DNA of 64,000 bases from a virus (Duplodnaviria; Heunggongvirae; Uroviricota; Caudoviricetes): positions 1 to 64,000 of IMG/VR virus record IMGVR_UViG_3300046385_000126, one strand, 5' to 3'. Positions within the stretch are counted from its first letter, which is position 1. The number at the start of each line of letters is the position of its first letter. This document shows positions 10,563 to 20,525 of this stretch, one piece after another. The position numbers and the translations under genes are program-made. Under the pieces are notes generated by a model. The model ran no database searches. It worked only from the letters and a program-made list of their open reading frames with translations, and was not told where the DNA came from.

Positions 10563-11063
10563 TTGAGTGGGATGAAAACAATCAAGGGTGATTTGATTGC
10601 ACTTGCAGAAGATGGTGAGTTTGACATCATTGTTCAAGGGTGCAATTGCTTCAACACAATGGGTAGTGGCCTTGCGAAGCAGATTCGTGAGAAGTACCCT
10701 GCTGCATATGAAGCGGACTGTCAGACTGTTAAAGGTGACTACAACAAGCTCGGGAATTATACATCCACTGTTATTCCTGTCCTTCCATGGACTGATAAGG
10801 AATTTGTTGTCGTAAACGCATATACACAGTATGATTACAATAGACCTGGTGAAACTAAGGAAGTGTTTGAGTATGTTGCATTGAAGTTAATTCTACGCAA
10901 ACTGTACCATGCATATCCTAATGCACATTACGGGTTTCCTTTGATCGGCTGTGGATTGGCCAGAGCAGACAAAGGCAAAGTACTAACGATCCTTGAAGCG
11001 ATGGATAATGCTGTCAGTCGCAATGGAGGATCTGTTACAATTGTTGAATGGAGTGAATCATGA
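10563..11063 (+). CDS. macro-domain protein (ADP-ribose binding/processing)
   Basis: IVQGCNCFNTMGSGLAKQI and VVVNAYTQ are typical of macro domains / O-acetyl-ADP-ribose deacetylases. Confidence 0.65.
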   Translation: MSGMKTIKGDLIALAEDGEFDIIVQGCNCFNTMGSGLAKQIREKYPAAYEADCQTVKGDYNKLGNYTSTVIPVLPWTDKEFVVVNAYTQYDYNRPGETKEVFEYVALKLILRKLYHAYPNAHYGFPLIGCGLARADKGKVLTILEAMDNAVSRNGGSVTIVEWSES

Positions 11064-11368
11064 TTATTTTGGGTTGGATCGCATTTGTCATCGCTACAGT
11101 AGGGTTGGCAATTCTTGTCCGTGGTTGGGTGTTGACTGTGCTGTGGAGCTGGTTTGTTGTTCCTACGTTCAGCTTGCCCGAGCTATCGATCCCTGTTGCA
11201 CTTGGGTTCACATTGATCGTGGGGATGTTCACACATCATTTGGCTCAAAAGACCGCTAACGATACTACGAGAAGCACAGCAACAAAGGCTGGTGAAGTGA
11301 TTGGTACTGCTATTGTCAATCCGTTGATTGTTTTGTTGTTTGGCTGGATCATCCAGTCTTTCATGTAA
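11060..11368 (+). CDS. small membrane protein
   Basis: Three hydrophobic segments. Overlapping ATGA coupling. Confidence 0.45.
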   Translation: MIILGWIAFVIATVGLAILVRGWVLTVLWSWFVVPTFSLPELSIPVALGFTLIVGMFTHHLAQKTANDTTRSTATKAGEVIGTAIVNPLIVLLFGWIIQSFM

Positions 11369-11546
11369 GGAAATAAGATGTCTAAAACTGAACAAGAACC
11401 ATTGTTTGTCGAGCTGGTGCATGACAATAACGGCTGGTACGCATTCGATGTGATGGCTCAAGAGCTAATCAAGATGGGTGCAAAACAACAGGAACGTGCT
11501 GATCTGTTTACGATGATCGGTCAAACCCCTACTCAGAAGTGGTGAC

Positions 11547-11948
11547 ATGCTGATGCTCGAGTGTATGATTTTAGGTGATAGCATTGCGACCGGGATTGCA
11601 AAGCACCGGCCTGAATGTGTGTCGTATGTGAAGATTGGGGTCAACAGCCACAACTTCAACAGCTTCTACCGTGCTCGGTCGTTCGAGGCTGAGGCTGTTA
11701 TTATCAGCCTTGGCTCTAATGATCACAAGAAAATCCACACTCGACGCGAGCTCACAGAGTTGCGTGAAAGAGTGGGTGGTCGGCGCATTTACTGGATTTT
11801 ACCCGCTAATAACGTGGAGATCCAGGAAGATATCCGTCAACTTGCTGCAGAGTACAAGGACATTGTACTGCCGATTCCCCTGTTGTCTTTAGACAAAGTT
11901 CACCCTACAATTGACGGGTACAAACAACTTGCAGCGAGTGTAAAATGA
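11547..11948 (+). CDS. SGNH/GDSL-type hydrolase
   Basis: GDSIATG N-terminal motif and SLGSNDH block. Confidence 0.5.
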   Translation: MLMLECMILGDSIATGIAKHRPECVSYVKIGVNSHNFNSFYRARSFEAEAVIISLGSNDHKKIHTRRELTELRERVGGRRIYWILPANNVEIQEDIRQLAAEYKDIVLPIPLLSLDKVHPTIDGYKQLAASVK

Positions 11949-12115
11949 ACTTCAAAAAGATTGCCGGATGGTTGATATTCCTGTACCTGCTCAATGCAGT
12001 GCTTACATGGATGTACAAGTTAATCGATGGCGATGAAGAAGAAGAGAGCTTAGAGTAAGCTATATACAACTGTACGGGATAGACCTGTACGACATTTTAT
12101 TCAAAGGAGCTTTGA

Positions 12116-13135
12116 ATGTCAAAAAAGTATCACACCCTTGTCCTTATTGGACGTTTCCAACCATTCCACAATGCTCACCTCGAGATTGTGAAGCGTGCCA
12201 CTGCGCTATGTGAACAGTTGATCATCATCACTGGGTCAGCAAAGCAGCCACGTACGTACAAGAACCCATTCACGAGCGCCGAACGTCGTGGTATGATCAA
12301 AGCAGCAACTGCTGGTCTGAGCATACAGATTCATGTTGAGGAAAACATCGACACGATCTATAATGACCAAGCATGGGCCATTCGTGTTCAAGGTATTGTT
12401 AGCAAGTATCGTGCTCTTGGTGGTAAGATCGGTGTTATCGGTCACAAGAAAGACGATTCATCATTTTACCTCGATATGTTCCCTCAGTGGGAGTACGAAA
12501 ACGTCGATGAGATTGAGCCTCTGAGCGCAGTCAACATCCGTGACCTATATTTCAAAGAGAATGTCAACTACAACTTTCTCAAAGGCGTGATCCCACAGAC
12601 CACCTACGACTTCTTGCTCGACTTTGCTCACACAGAAGAGTATCGTCAGATCATTCGTGAACGTGAGTTTGTGGCAACGTACAAGAAGCAGTACGCTTCG
12701 CTGCCCTACCCTCCAATCTTCTCTACCGCTGATGCTGTAGTGATTCAGTCCGGTCACGTTCTTATGATCAAACGTCGTGCTGAGCCTGGTAAAGGATTGT
12801 GGGCAGTTCCTGGTGGATATGTCAACGCCAACACAGACAAGAGTGTAGAGGATGCTGCAATCCGTGAATTACGGGAAGAAACACTGATCAAGGTACCTGC
12901 TCCTGTGTTGCGTGGGTCAATCGTTGATAATCGTGTTTTTGACGCTGTTGATCGTAGTCCTCGTGGCCGGATCATCACGCACTGCTTTAAGATTGTATTG
13001 CCTGATGGTGAATTGCCAAAGGTCAAAGGAAGTGACGATGCTGAGAAAGCCCGTTGGGTGCCTATTGCAGAGGTCAAATCAGAAGAGTGTTTTGAAGACC
13101 ACTATGACATGATCATGTGGGCAGTTGGAGCTTGA
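12116..13135 (+). CDS. natV: bifunctional NMN adenylyltransferase / Nudix ADP-ribose pyrophosphatase (NatV-like)
   Basis: N-terminal GRFQPFHNAH (HxGH nucleotidyltransferase motif). C-terminal Nudix box GGYVNANTDKSVEDAAIRELREETLI. Confidence 0.8.
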   Translation: MSKKYHTLVLIGRFQPFHNAHLEIVKRATALCEQLIIITGSAKQPRTYKNPFTSAERRGMIKAATAGLSIQIHVEENIDTIYNDQAWAIRVQGIVSKYRALGGKIGVIGHKKDDSSFYLDMFPQWEYENVDEIEPLSAVNIRDLYFKENVNYNFLKGVIPQTTYDFLLDFAHTEEYRQIIREREFVATYKKQYASLPYPPIFSTADAVVIQSGHVLMIKRRAEPGKGLWAVPGGYVNANTDKSVEDAAIRELREETLIKVPAPVLRGSIVDNRVFDAVDRSPRGRIITHCFKIVLPDGELPKVKGSDDAEKARWVPIAEVKSEECFEDHYDMIMWAVGA

Positions 13136-13504
13136 TATGGCATATCGTCCATGCATTCGATATGAGGACCACCTTTGGTATCCTATCCTTGTAAAGGTAG
13201 GTGGAGGACATTGGATCGTAGAGATGCAAGGTAAGAGCGTCAATGCATGGAATGATATGGTAAGAGAGCAGTGGAAAAAGGACACAGAAGGTCATCCAAG
13301 AGGTTGGCACGTTTAAGGAGTGAAACATGAGTGCAATGAAAGATAGTATTCCGATGTTGATCACCAAGCTAGAACAGGTTGGCACACAATACGCATACGA
13401 AAGACGGTACATTGGTGAGGCAGTAACATACTTGCGACACCTGTATGATTTGCTTGATGCTCAACCGGTCAAGCAAATTGATGAAACAACCCTAGGACAA
13501 TGAT

Positions 13505-14038
13505 ATGACAATTGAAGTGAAAGCACCAGCACCGTACAATACAGCTGGTAAAATTGCAGTGTTCCTTGCTGGTTCGATTGAAATGGACACAGCAGAGCGG
13601 TGGCAAGAGAAGGTCGTCAAGATGATTGACCATCCAGACGTGATGTTCCTCAACCCTCGCCGTGACGATTGGGATGCTTCGTGGAAGCAAGAGAAGGATG
13701 ATCCAGATTTCAGTGAGCAAGTCGAGTGGGAGTTGGATTCCATGGAGCTTGCTGATGTGATTTTCTTCTACTTTGCCCCTGGCACCAAGTCACCAATTAC
13801 ATTGCTTGAGCTCGGTCTGATGGCCAACAGCGATAAGCCTGTCGTTGTGTGCTGTCCAGAAGGGTTCTGGCGTAAGGGTAATGTGGACATCGTATGTGAA
13901 CGTACAGGTATCCGTGTTTACGAAGATCTTGTTGACATGATCACCAAATTCCCTGAGAATATTGAATTCCTGCTCGAAGCTAAGCGACGAGCAACCGAGA
14001 TGGAGGCACGATACAACGTGCCCCCTACCAAGTTCTGA
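13505..14038 (+). CDS. nucleoside 2-deoxyribosyltransferase-like protein
   Basis: AVFLAGSIE...W pattern of NDT/Rcl-family Rossmann-like proteins. Sits between natV and nadV. Confidence 0.45.
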   Translation: MTIEVKAPAPYNTAGKIAVFLAGSIEMDTAERWQEKVVKMIDHPDVMFLNPRRDDWDASWKQEKDDPDFSEQVEWELDSMELADVIFFYFAPGTKSPITLLELGLMANSDKPVVVCCPEGFWRKGNVDIVCERTGIRVYEDLVDMITKFPENIEFLLEAKRRATEMEARYNVPPTKF

Positions 14039-14080
14039 GATAGACTTAGGACTTTTTATTAACTTGTTAAGGAGATTAAC

Positions 14081-15481
14081 ATGAAAATTGCAAAAAACAT
14101 CATTCTGAACACTGACTCATACAAGACTAGCATGTTCGCTCAATACCCTGCAGGCACTACTGGTGTCTATAGTTACATTGAGTCTCGTGGTGGTCGTTAT
14201 GATCAGACCGTGTTCTTCGGTCTGCAGGCGTTCATTAAGGAGTATTTGCTTGAGCCTATCACACAAAGCGATATTGACTTCGCAGACGAGATCCTCACTG
14301 CACACGGTGAACCATTCAACCGTGCCGGATGGGAATACATTCTGGACAAACACAATGGCTTCCTACCGGTCGTCATCCGTGCAGTCCCTGAAGGTTCCGT
14401 GGTCCCTACGCGAAATGTACTCGCCACGATCGAAAACACAGACCCAGCATGTTTCTGGCTGACCACTTGGTTGGAGACTGCTTTGCTTCGTGCTGTGTGG
14501 TATGGCACTACCGTGGCTTCGCAGAGCTACAAGATCAAGACCATTATCCTCGACTACCTGGAGAAAACTGGTGATCCTAGCCTTATCGATTTTAAGTTGC
14601 ACGATTTTGGTGCTCGTGGTGTATCTTCAATGGAGAGTGCTGGAATCGGTGGAGCGGCTCACCTGGTCAACTTTATGGGCACGGACACTATTAGTGGTAT
14701 TTTGTTTGCTCGTGAGTATTACAACGCTGGCATCGCTGGTTTTAGCATTCCAGCAGCCGAGCACAGTACAATTACTAGTTGGGGACGAGACAACGAGGTA
14801 AAAGCCTATGCTAACATGCTCAATCAATTCGCCAAGCCTGGCAGTATCGTGGCTGTTGTTTCTGATAGCTATGATGTTTTTAATGCCGCTAGTAATCTTT
14901 GGGGAGAAGAACTTCGCCAACAAGTTATTGATAGTGGTGCTACTATTGTTATCCGCCCAGATAGTGGGGACCCTGTTGCAGTTAACGTGCAACTGATCCA
15001 AATCTTGGATAGCAAGTTCGGAAGTGTGGTAAACGCTAAAGGATTTAAAGTTCTTAACAATGTTCGATTGATTCAAGGAGACGGTGTAAATGAACTTACT
15101 ATTCGCAGCATTCTTGGTGCCTTTATGGCTCTTGGGTATAGTGCTGACAACATTGCATTCGGTATGGGTGGAGCGCTGCTGCAAGGCGTTGACCGTGACA
15201 CTCAGAAGTTCGCAATGAAGTGCTCATCCGCTTGCATCGATGGTGCATGGGTTGATGTTCAGAAGGATCCTGTCACAGACAGTGGTAAGAAGTCTAAAGC
15301 TGGCCGCGTCACTCTGTGGAAGAGTGGTGGCGAGTATACGTCTGGCGTTCATCGCCCTTTGGCTGGTTGGACTGATAAAGCAATTGGTCCTTGGACCGAG
15401 GCTCTGGAAGAAGTGTATCGGGATGGTGTAATGACCAAGCAATACGACTTCGAAGAGGTTCGCGCAAACGCACGTAAGTAA
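14081..15481 (+). CDS. nadV: nicotinamide phosphoribosyltransferase (NadV-like)
   Basis: 466 aa, NTDSYKTSMFAQYP...DSGDP...GGALLQ. Typical NAMPT family. Confidence 0.85.
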   Translation: MKIAKNIILNTDSYKTSMFAQYPAGTTGVYSYIESRGGRYDQTVFFGLQAFIKEYLLEPITQSDIDFADEILTAHGEPFNRAGWEYILDKHNGFLPVVIRAVPEGSVVPTRNVLATIENTDPACFWLTTWLETALLRAVWYGTTVASQSYKIKTIILDYLEKTGDPSLIDFKLHDFGARGVSSMESAGIGGAAHLVNFMGTDTISGILFAREYYNAGIAGFSIPAAEHSTITSWGRDNEVKAYANMLNQFAKPGSIVAVVSDSYDVFNAASNLWGEELRQQVIDSGATIVIRPDSGDPVAVNVQLIQILDSKFGSVVNAKGFKVLNNVRLIQGDGVNELTIRSILGAFMALGYSADNIAFGMGGALLQGVDRDTQKFAMKCSSACIDGAWVDVQKDPVTDSGKKSKAGRVTLWKSGGEYTSGVHRPLAGWTDKAIGPWTEALEEVYRDGVMTKQYDFEEVRANARK

Positions 15482-15505
15482 TCCCGTTGTCATGGGTTAA
15501 GGGTT

Positions 15506-15552
15506 GTGGTGATAATAACGTCATCGCAACCCTTTTTTTGTTTATCATGATT
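15506..15552 (+). terminator. rho-independent terminator after nadV
   Basis: GGGTTGTGGTGATAATAACGTCATCGCAACCC hairpin followed by TTTTTTTG. Confidence 0.7.
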
Positions 15553-15835
15553 TATCCATGTGAATTGATCTCCGCTGCACAACTCCAACAGCTTGCCAAG
15601 CCTGCTCGTGCTGTCGTCAATAGCGAATGTGCATTCGTTGCTGATACTCTGCGCAAGCAAGGCCATACCGATCTGGCAAAAGAGTATTGGAGCTGGGTGT
15701 GCTCATCAGCATCCAATGATCCTGTTGTGGGTAAACTGCGCTTCGGTGCGGAAGTGTATGACCAGTATACACGATTGAGAGCGATCGATGCTCAACAAAC
15801 AATGCCATCATGGGGAACATACGGAACTTGACCTG

Positions 15836-15895
15836 TTGACTCATCATCCGATCTAACAGATAATTGAGTCATCGCAAACACAAACGGAGTTTATT
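15836..15895 (+). promoter_or_regulatory. sigma70-like promoter plus conserved leader (copy 1)
   Basis: TTGACT, 17-nt spacer, GATAAT, then the conserved TGAGTCATCGCAAAC leader and GGAG RBS before the ATG at 15896. Confidence 0.55.
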
Positions 15896-16498
15896 ATGAG
15901 TGCATACAAAATCGGCGAATACGACCTGATGCGCATCGGTGCTAATGGTTGTGGTTCAATCAACTGCAGTGTCGAAGGATACTGGAGCCGTGATCCTCTG
16001 ACGTTGTATATCAACCGCGGATGGGCAACTTCAATAGAAGAAGGTGTGTGGACTGTTAGTATGTCTCACAGCTCTGGCGGCCGTGACACAAAGGTTCTCG
16101 AGGATGATATGCAAGCTACGTGTAACTTCGCAGAAGGGATGACTGCACTTGCCAATCTTGGCCGTGAGATCCGTGAGATGCAGGTGCAATTAGAAGCATT
16201 CTATCAAGCTCAACGTGAACTTAATCGTCAGGAACGTGAAGCTGAGAAGAAAGCACAAGCTGAACGTGAGGCTGCTGATCAACCGCTCGGTCGCTTGCAA
16301 GCTGAACGTCTGATGTTGGATGCTGAGATCTATCATCAGCACATCACATACTTCCTGCGCGGCAGTGACCAACCACGTACCATCGAGCTCCAGCAGCGAG
16401 TGAAGACCAAGTGGTACATGAACGGCACTAATGCATCAAAGAAGGCTGTTGTCGAGTTCTTGGCAACGTGCTCTGAGCGTTCCAAACTGGCTGAATGA
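15896..16498 (+). CDS. hypothetical coiled-coil protein
   Basis: 200 aa with an RE-rich helical segment. Confidence 0.45.
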   Translation: MSAYKIGEYDLMRIGANGCGSINCSVEGYWSRDPLTLYINRGWATSIEEGVWTVSMSHSSGGRDTKVLEDDMQATCNFAEGMTALANLGREIREMQVQLEAFYQAQRELNRQEREAEKKAQAEREAADQPLGRLQAERLMLDAEIYHQHITYFLRGSDQPRTIELQQRVKTKWYMNGTNASKKAVVEFLATCSERSKLAE

Positions 16499-16887
16499 TC
16501 ATGCGCAAAAACGAACTGATTGAGCTCCTTGCTACGATCGATGGTAATCCTGAGATCGTGCTGTGGAACGGGATGGTCGGCGACTACATGCACATCGACA
16601 ACAAACTGGTTGAGGGTGACCTTGTCAAGATGACGCTCGATTATTATCTGAGGACGAACTTGCTACGTGACTGTCGTGATGCAAAAAACTGGGACCTCGT
16701 GCATACACCAGAAGAGGTTCAAGAGTTGAAGAGTGCGTACAAAAAGTACGTCGCTTGGGAAACAAACCAGTACGTCACAGATAACGATGTAGAAAACAAA
16801 CGGTACAAGCGTAAACGCGTGTTCTACATCGATGCAAAGAAGCGCAATCAAACATTTCACGACCGAATGGGTTCAATCGAATATTGA
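16495..16887 (+). CDS. hypothetical protein
   Basis: 130-aa ORF with overlapping start. Confidence 0.45.
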   Translation: MIMRKNELIELLATIDGNPEIVLWNGMVGDYMHIDNKLVEGDLVKMTLDYYLRTNLLRDCRDAKNWDLVHTPEEVQELKSAYKKYVAWETNQYVTDNDVENKRYKRKRVFYIDAKKRNQTFHDRMGSIEY

Positions 16888-16890
16888 CCG

Positions 16891-16949
16891 TTGACTGATC
16901 CATCGAATGCAATGATAATTGAATCATCACAAACGCAAACGGAGCTGAT
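16891..16949 (+). promoter_or_regulatory. sigma70-like promoter plus conserved leader (copy 2)
   Basis: TTGACT, 17-nt spacer, GATAAT, TGAATCATCACAAACGCAAACGGAG, then ATG at 16950. Confidence 0.55.
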
Positions 16950-17252
16950 ATGAAAAAGATCACTAAATCCACATTCAAGTCCTTCATCAAGAAGAACCGT
17001 GCTGCCCTATTGGTCAGCCGTCCATCATCGTTCGATGGTATGGTTGATGGTATCGTTAGCAACGATGCTGGATTCAAGCCTGCAGAAGAGGATGGGTTCA
17101 TGGACAACTCGCTTGGAATCAAGGGTGTGTGGCTGGTTAATGGCAGTCGTGATTATTTCGAGCACTACGAACAAGGTGGTCTCGTTGGTATCCGTGTGCA
17201 CAACTGCTGCGGAACATCGATCGTTGCTGTCCGTGCAGGAGAAGTGAAATGA
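16950..17252 (+). CDS. hypothetical protein
   Basis: 100-aa ORF. Confidence 0.45.
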   Translation: MKKITKSTFKSFIKKNRAALLVSRPSSFDGMVDGIVSNDAGFKPAEEDGFMDNSLGIKGVWLVNGSRDYFEHYEQGGLVGIRVHNCCGTSIVAVRAGEVK

Positions 17253-17440
17253 ACATTGAAAAAGCATTGGAAATCGTTCAAACCATCCAGACTGAGATGG
17301 GGGAGGGTCTGTTGGAGACTCTTCAATATATGGATCGCAACCTCTTCCAGTTTGATGAGGAACAACGTAGCGCATTCCGTGTTACGATGCGTGAATTTAG
17401 TAAATTGTTTGCACCTAAGAAAGAGGTTCAGTATGAGTAA
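17249..17440 (+). CDS. hypothetical protein
   Basis: 63-aa ORF with coupled start. Confidence 0.4.
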   Translation: MNIEKALEIVQTIQTEMGEGLLETLQYMDRNLFQFDEEQRSAFRVTMREFSKLFAPKKEVQYE

Positions 17441-18452
17441 GTTAATTTCTGCAGTGGTCCTTGCCGCTGCCGTAGTGAGTTCGTTCCCTAGCCATTCCGG
17501 AAGCATTGGTCGTTCCGGAGGTGGTGCATCAGTGAGTCGCAGTGTGTCGGTATCACGACCGAGCGTTGCCCCTTCGCGACCATCTGTTGCTCCGGCACCG
17601 AGCCGTCCAGGTGGAATCGGTGGCACACAGAGTGCTATGGGTGTTCGTAAGAGCGAAGTGACTGCTCCTGTTGCACAGAAGGTCAATCCTCCCGTCAGCA
17701 GCGGTGTTGCTTCAACGGGTAGTACATCACAATACAGCTCACCACAACCATCATATGGAAACGCTAATGTCCCCAACTACGGTGGTGGCGGTGTGACAAA
17801 CGGCAGTATGTTCATGAGCTCTATGGGTGGTGCTGTTGCAGGTACGTTGCTTGGCAATGCAATCTCTGGCGGTCATGGTCACGGTGGTGGCACAACGGTG
17901 ATCAACAATGGTGGTGGGGGCGGAGGTACAAGTGCTCCCGCTGTTGTGGCTGGTGGTCCTTCAAACTCGTTTGACCAGAGTGGTCCTGGTGGATACACTC
18001 AAGCTGCTGAAAAGAAGTCCAACTACGGCTTCTGGCACTTCATCATCGATGTGTTCTTGTTTGCTCTGACTGCTGTTGTCCTCGTCGGGGTAATCTGGTT
18101 GTTCTACAAAGGTTTCAAAATGATCAAAAATTATATCAACAAGGAGCGTGGCATTGCACCTAAGCAGCCATTCAGTCCTACCGCTCAGTTCTGGGAGATT
18201 CAGCGATCGTTTGCTGAGGGCAACGTTGAGAAGTTGAAGACGTTGCTCGGTCCAGATCTTGTCGATGAAGCAACACAAGACCTTACTCCTAGCGAACTGA
18301 CGCTGAGTAAGGTCAGTCATGAGGTTGTCCTTGACACGCCGCGTGAGTTCAGTGTACACTACACGTTCAATGACGGTGATTTGGTGATCAACCAAGTGTG
18401 GCACTATGAGCTGCACGGCACATGGAAGCTCAATGGAATCGAAAACGTTTGA
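17433..18452 (+). CDS. Gly/Ser-rich protein with a single TM helix
   Basis: N-terminal signal-like helix, long G/S/P-rich low-complexity segment, TM helix FIIDVFLFALTAVVLVGVIWLF, then a ~110-aa globular C-terminus. Start chosen at MSKLISAV. Confidence 0.5.
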   Translation: MSKLISAVVLAAAVVSSFPSHSGSIGRSGGGASVSRSVSVSRPSVAPSRPSVAPAPSRPGGIGGTQSAMGVRKSEVTAPVAQKVNPPVSSGVASTGSTSQYSSPQPSYGNANVPNYGGGGVTNGSMFMSSMGGAVAGTLLGNAISGGHGHGGGTTVINNGGGGGGTSAPAVVAGGPSNSFDQSGPGGYTQAAEKKSNYGFWHFIIDVFLFALTAVVLVGVIWLFYKGFKMIKNYINKERGIAPKQPFSPTAQFWEIQRSFAEGNVEKLKTLLGPDLVDEATQDLTPSELTLSKVSHEVVLDTPREFSVHYTFNDGDLVINQVWHYELHGTWKLNGIENV

Positions 18453-18706
18453 TGATATTGACCAGCTCATGGATGCGCTGGCATGGGCAAAGGAGTGTGG
18501 TCTTGAGCATGAATTCCTTGAGTTCTTCCTCAATGACTACGCTACAACAAAAAGCATACCATCAGCCATTTGGTATGCCAACTGCGAATGGGACCTATGA
18601 ACGAAGAAGAGGAAGAGAAGTTCAGATACACATTAACGATGGACATTGCTGACTCCATTGGTCTGATCTTGCTGTGTGTGTTGTTGATGTTGGTTGTTCT
18701 TCTATG

Positions 18707-19006
18707 AAAATGTACATCGTCATATTGGACTGGGTTCCAACAGGTCATGCTCTAAACACCGCAGCTCATGCGGGTTTGATCGGATACTTGGAATACCAGC
18801 ACCTGCCCGAGACACAGGAATGGTTGGATACCAGCTTCAAGAAGGTCACATGCGTTGTGTCTGAGGAAGAGTTCAGAGAGTTGATTAACGTTGAGAACCG
18901 TTATATAATGACGGAGAGTCGCCTCGACCATGCTGTTGTTGGTGCTGTGTTTGCCCCTCGTAAAGAGTGGCCTCCTATTATGAAAACATTGAGGTTATGG
19001 TCATGA
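18707..19006 (+). CDS. hypothetical protein
   Basis: ORF with start at MKMYIVILDW. Confidence 0.4.
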   Translation, partial: KMYIVILDWVPTGHALNTAAHAGLIGYLEYQHLPETQEWLDTSFKKVTCVVSEEEFRELINVENRYIMTESRLDHAVVGAVFAPRKEWPPIMKTLRLWS

Positions 19007-19203
19007 AAGTCAGGATCCGAATTGTAAACCAGTATGGTACGTTCACGAGTGATGAGCTCACTGACACTCCAGTCGTACATGATTATGTCATGAAGGCAGC
19101 ACGTGGTGAAGCGTACTACCTGAACATGGAAATAAATGGAAACGACACATACTTTACAGAGCATGTCCTTAAGCAGTCAATCATTACGGTACTTCGCTCA
19201 TGA
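19007..19203 (+). CDS. hypothetical protein
   Basis: Small ORF starting MKVRIRIVNQYG. Confidence 0.35.
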
Positions 19204-19532
19204 CCAGTTCAGTATCACTCCGCGCTAGTGCGTTGATCAAGGCTTGTGATGTGTACCTTGCACATCACAAGGCCAAGGTGGAAGAACGTAGAGAAAAGCA
19301 CATTGCAGAGGAGATGAAACGAAAGCGTTGGTGGGGACTTGCTCGCTGCCTCACCCGTGAAGAAGTGGAGGCTCAGATCTCACCACTAGATTCATGGATC
19401 CTTAGTGGTTGGTGGCGATACCAATGCGAGCGTTTGAGGAAAATGGCTATCATGGTGGATCCTGATGTGGGATGTGTCGATGTTGATGAAGAGATGGCCG
19501 TGTTTTTGTATGATTACTGGGAGCACCAATGA
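19200..19532 (+). CDS. hypothetical protein
   Basis: 110 aa. Confidence 0.4.
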   Translation: MTSSVSLRASALIKACDVYLAHHKAKVEERREKHIAEEMKRKRWWGLARCLTREEVEAQISPLDSWILSGWWRYQCERLRKMAIMVDPDVGCVDVDEEMAVFLYDYWEHQ

Positions 19533-19729
19533 AAGAGCCGTATAAGACACTACATGAAGAAGCAGTGAAGATCGTTACAACACCTCCGCGTACCGACTAT
19601 CCAACGAATGGTGAGCTTGCAGAGGCATATGGTGAGCTGGTTGCAATTGCTGTGATCAGTGCAGCCGAAAGGATGGGCCTCGGATCAGATGCTGTTGAGG
19701 AACTGATGGATCGCTTCGGTATAGAGTGA
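19529..19729 (+). CDS. hypothetical protein
   Basis: 66 aa. Confidence 0.4.
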   Translation: MKEPYKTLHEEAVKIVTTPPRTDYPTNGELAEAYGELVAIAVISAAERMGLGSDAVEELMDRFGIE

Positions 19730-19742
19730 CCCTTCATAAGCG

Positions 19743-19797
19743 TTGACATGGATGATGATCTCCGTTACAATTGACACATCGCAATTAGGAGCTCATC
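19743..19797 (+). promoter_or_regulatory. sigma70-like promoter (copy 3 variant)
   Basis: TTGACA, 16 nt, TACAAT, TTGACACATCGCAATTAGGAG, then ATG at 19798. Confidence 0.45.
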
Positions 19798-20196
19798 ATG
19801 AAAGTCTTCATCTATTTCAATCTGCACAAGCGTGTGTTCAGTGTGAAAGCCATGGAAGGTGAGAATAAGGGTCGTGTGATTGCTCATCGCGAGCAAGCTC
19901 TTGTCAACAACCCACAATTCCGTGTGTCTCAAGCTGGCCGCGCTCGTGTTCTTCGTGAAAAGAAGAAGAACGTCCATGCTGGCGTGTATGGTACATGGGT
20001 TGATGTTGTGGATGATGGCCTTGCTCGGACAGCTCTGTCGATTGCTGCTGACGGTCAGCCTGTCCGTTACAATCCGTACAAGTACGATTCATTCGTTGAT
20101 GACAATGAACAACGTGTGTTCGAAGCACGTGTTGCTGCTCTGTCTCTGAGAACTAATGATGCTGGTCTGCGAGTCGGTTCGATCTCTATGATTTGA
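19798..20196 (+). CDS. hypothetical protein
   Basis: 132 aa. Confidence 0.45.
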   Translation: MKVFIYFNLHKRVFSVKAMEGENKGRVIAHREQALVNNPQFRVSQAGRARVLREKKKNVHAGVYGTWVDVVDDGLARTALSIAADGQPVRYNPYKYDSFVDDNEQRVFEARVAALSLRTNDAGLRVGSISMI

Positions 20197-20199
20197 CCG

Positions 20200-20254
20200 T
20201 TGACATCCAATGCAATCTAACAGATAATTGAGTCATCGCAAACAGGAGCACATC
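20200..20254 (+). promoter_or_regulatory. sigma70-like promoter plus conserved leader (copy 4)
   Basis: TTGACA, 17 nt, GATAAT, TGAGTCATCGCAAACAGGAG, then ATG at 20255. Confidence 0.55.
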
Positions 20255-20491
20255 ATGAGCTGGAATCTCGAAGGCAAACGAATCAATGGCATGTACTTGG
20301 GTCTGTTCCCATACAGTGGTACAGTGTTGGAGAGCCGTGTCAAGTATGGTGGCAAGGTTCAGCATACTGTCCAGGTAGATGAGCCATTCAAGGTGTATGG
20401 CGAAGTACGTGAGCGCGTGCTCGTGGAAGACTTCAATCGCATTCTGGACGAGCGCGATGCTCAGTATGCCGTTGACATGGCATCCGTCTGA
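20255..20491 (+). CDS. hypothetical protein
   Basis: ORF starting MSWNLEGK. Confidence 0.4.
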   Translation: MSWNLEGKRINGMYLGLFPYSGTVLESRVKYGGKVQHTVQVDEPFKVYGEVRERVLVEDFNRILDERDAQYAVDMASV

Positions 20492-20525
20492 ATGTATAAT
20501 TGACACATCACAACACGGAGTATGA

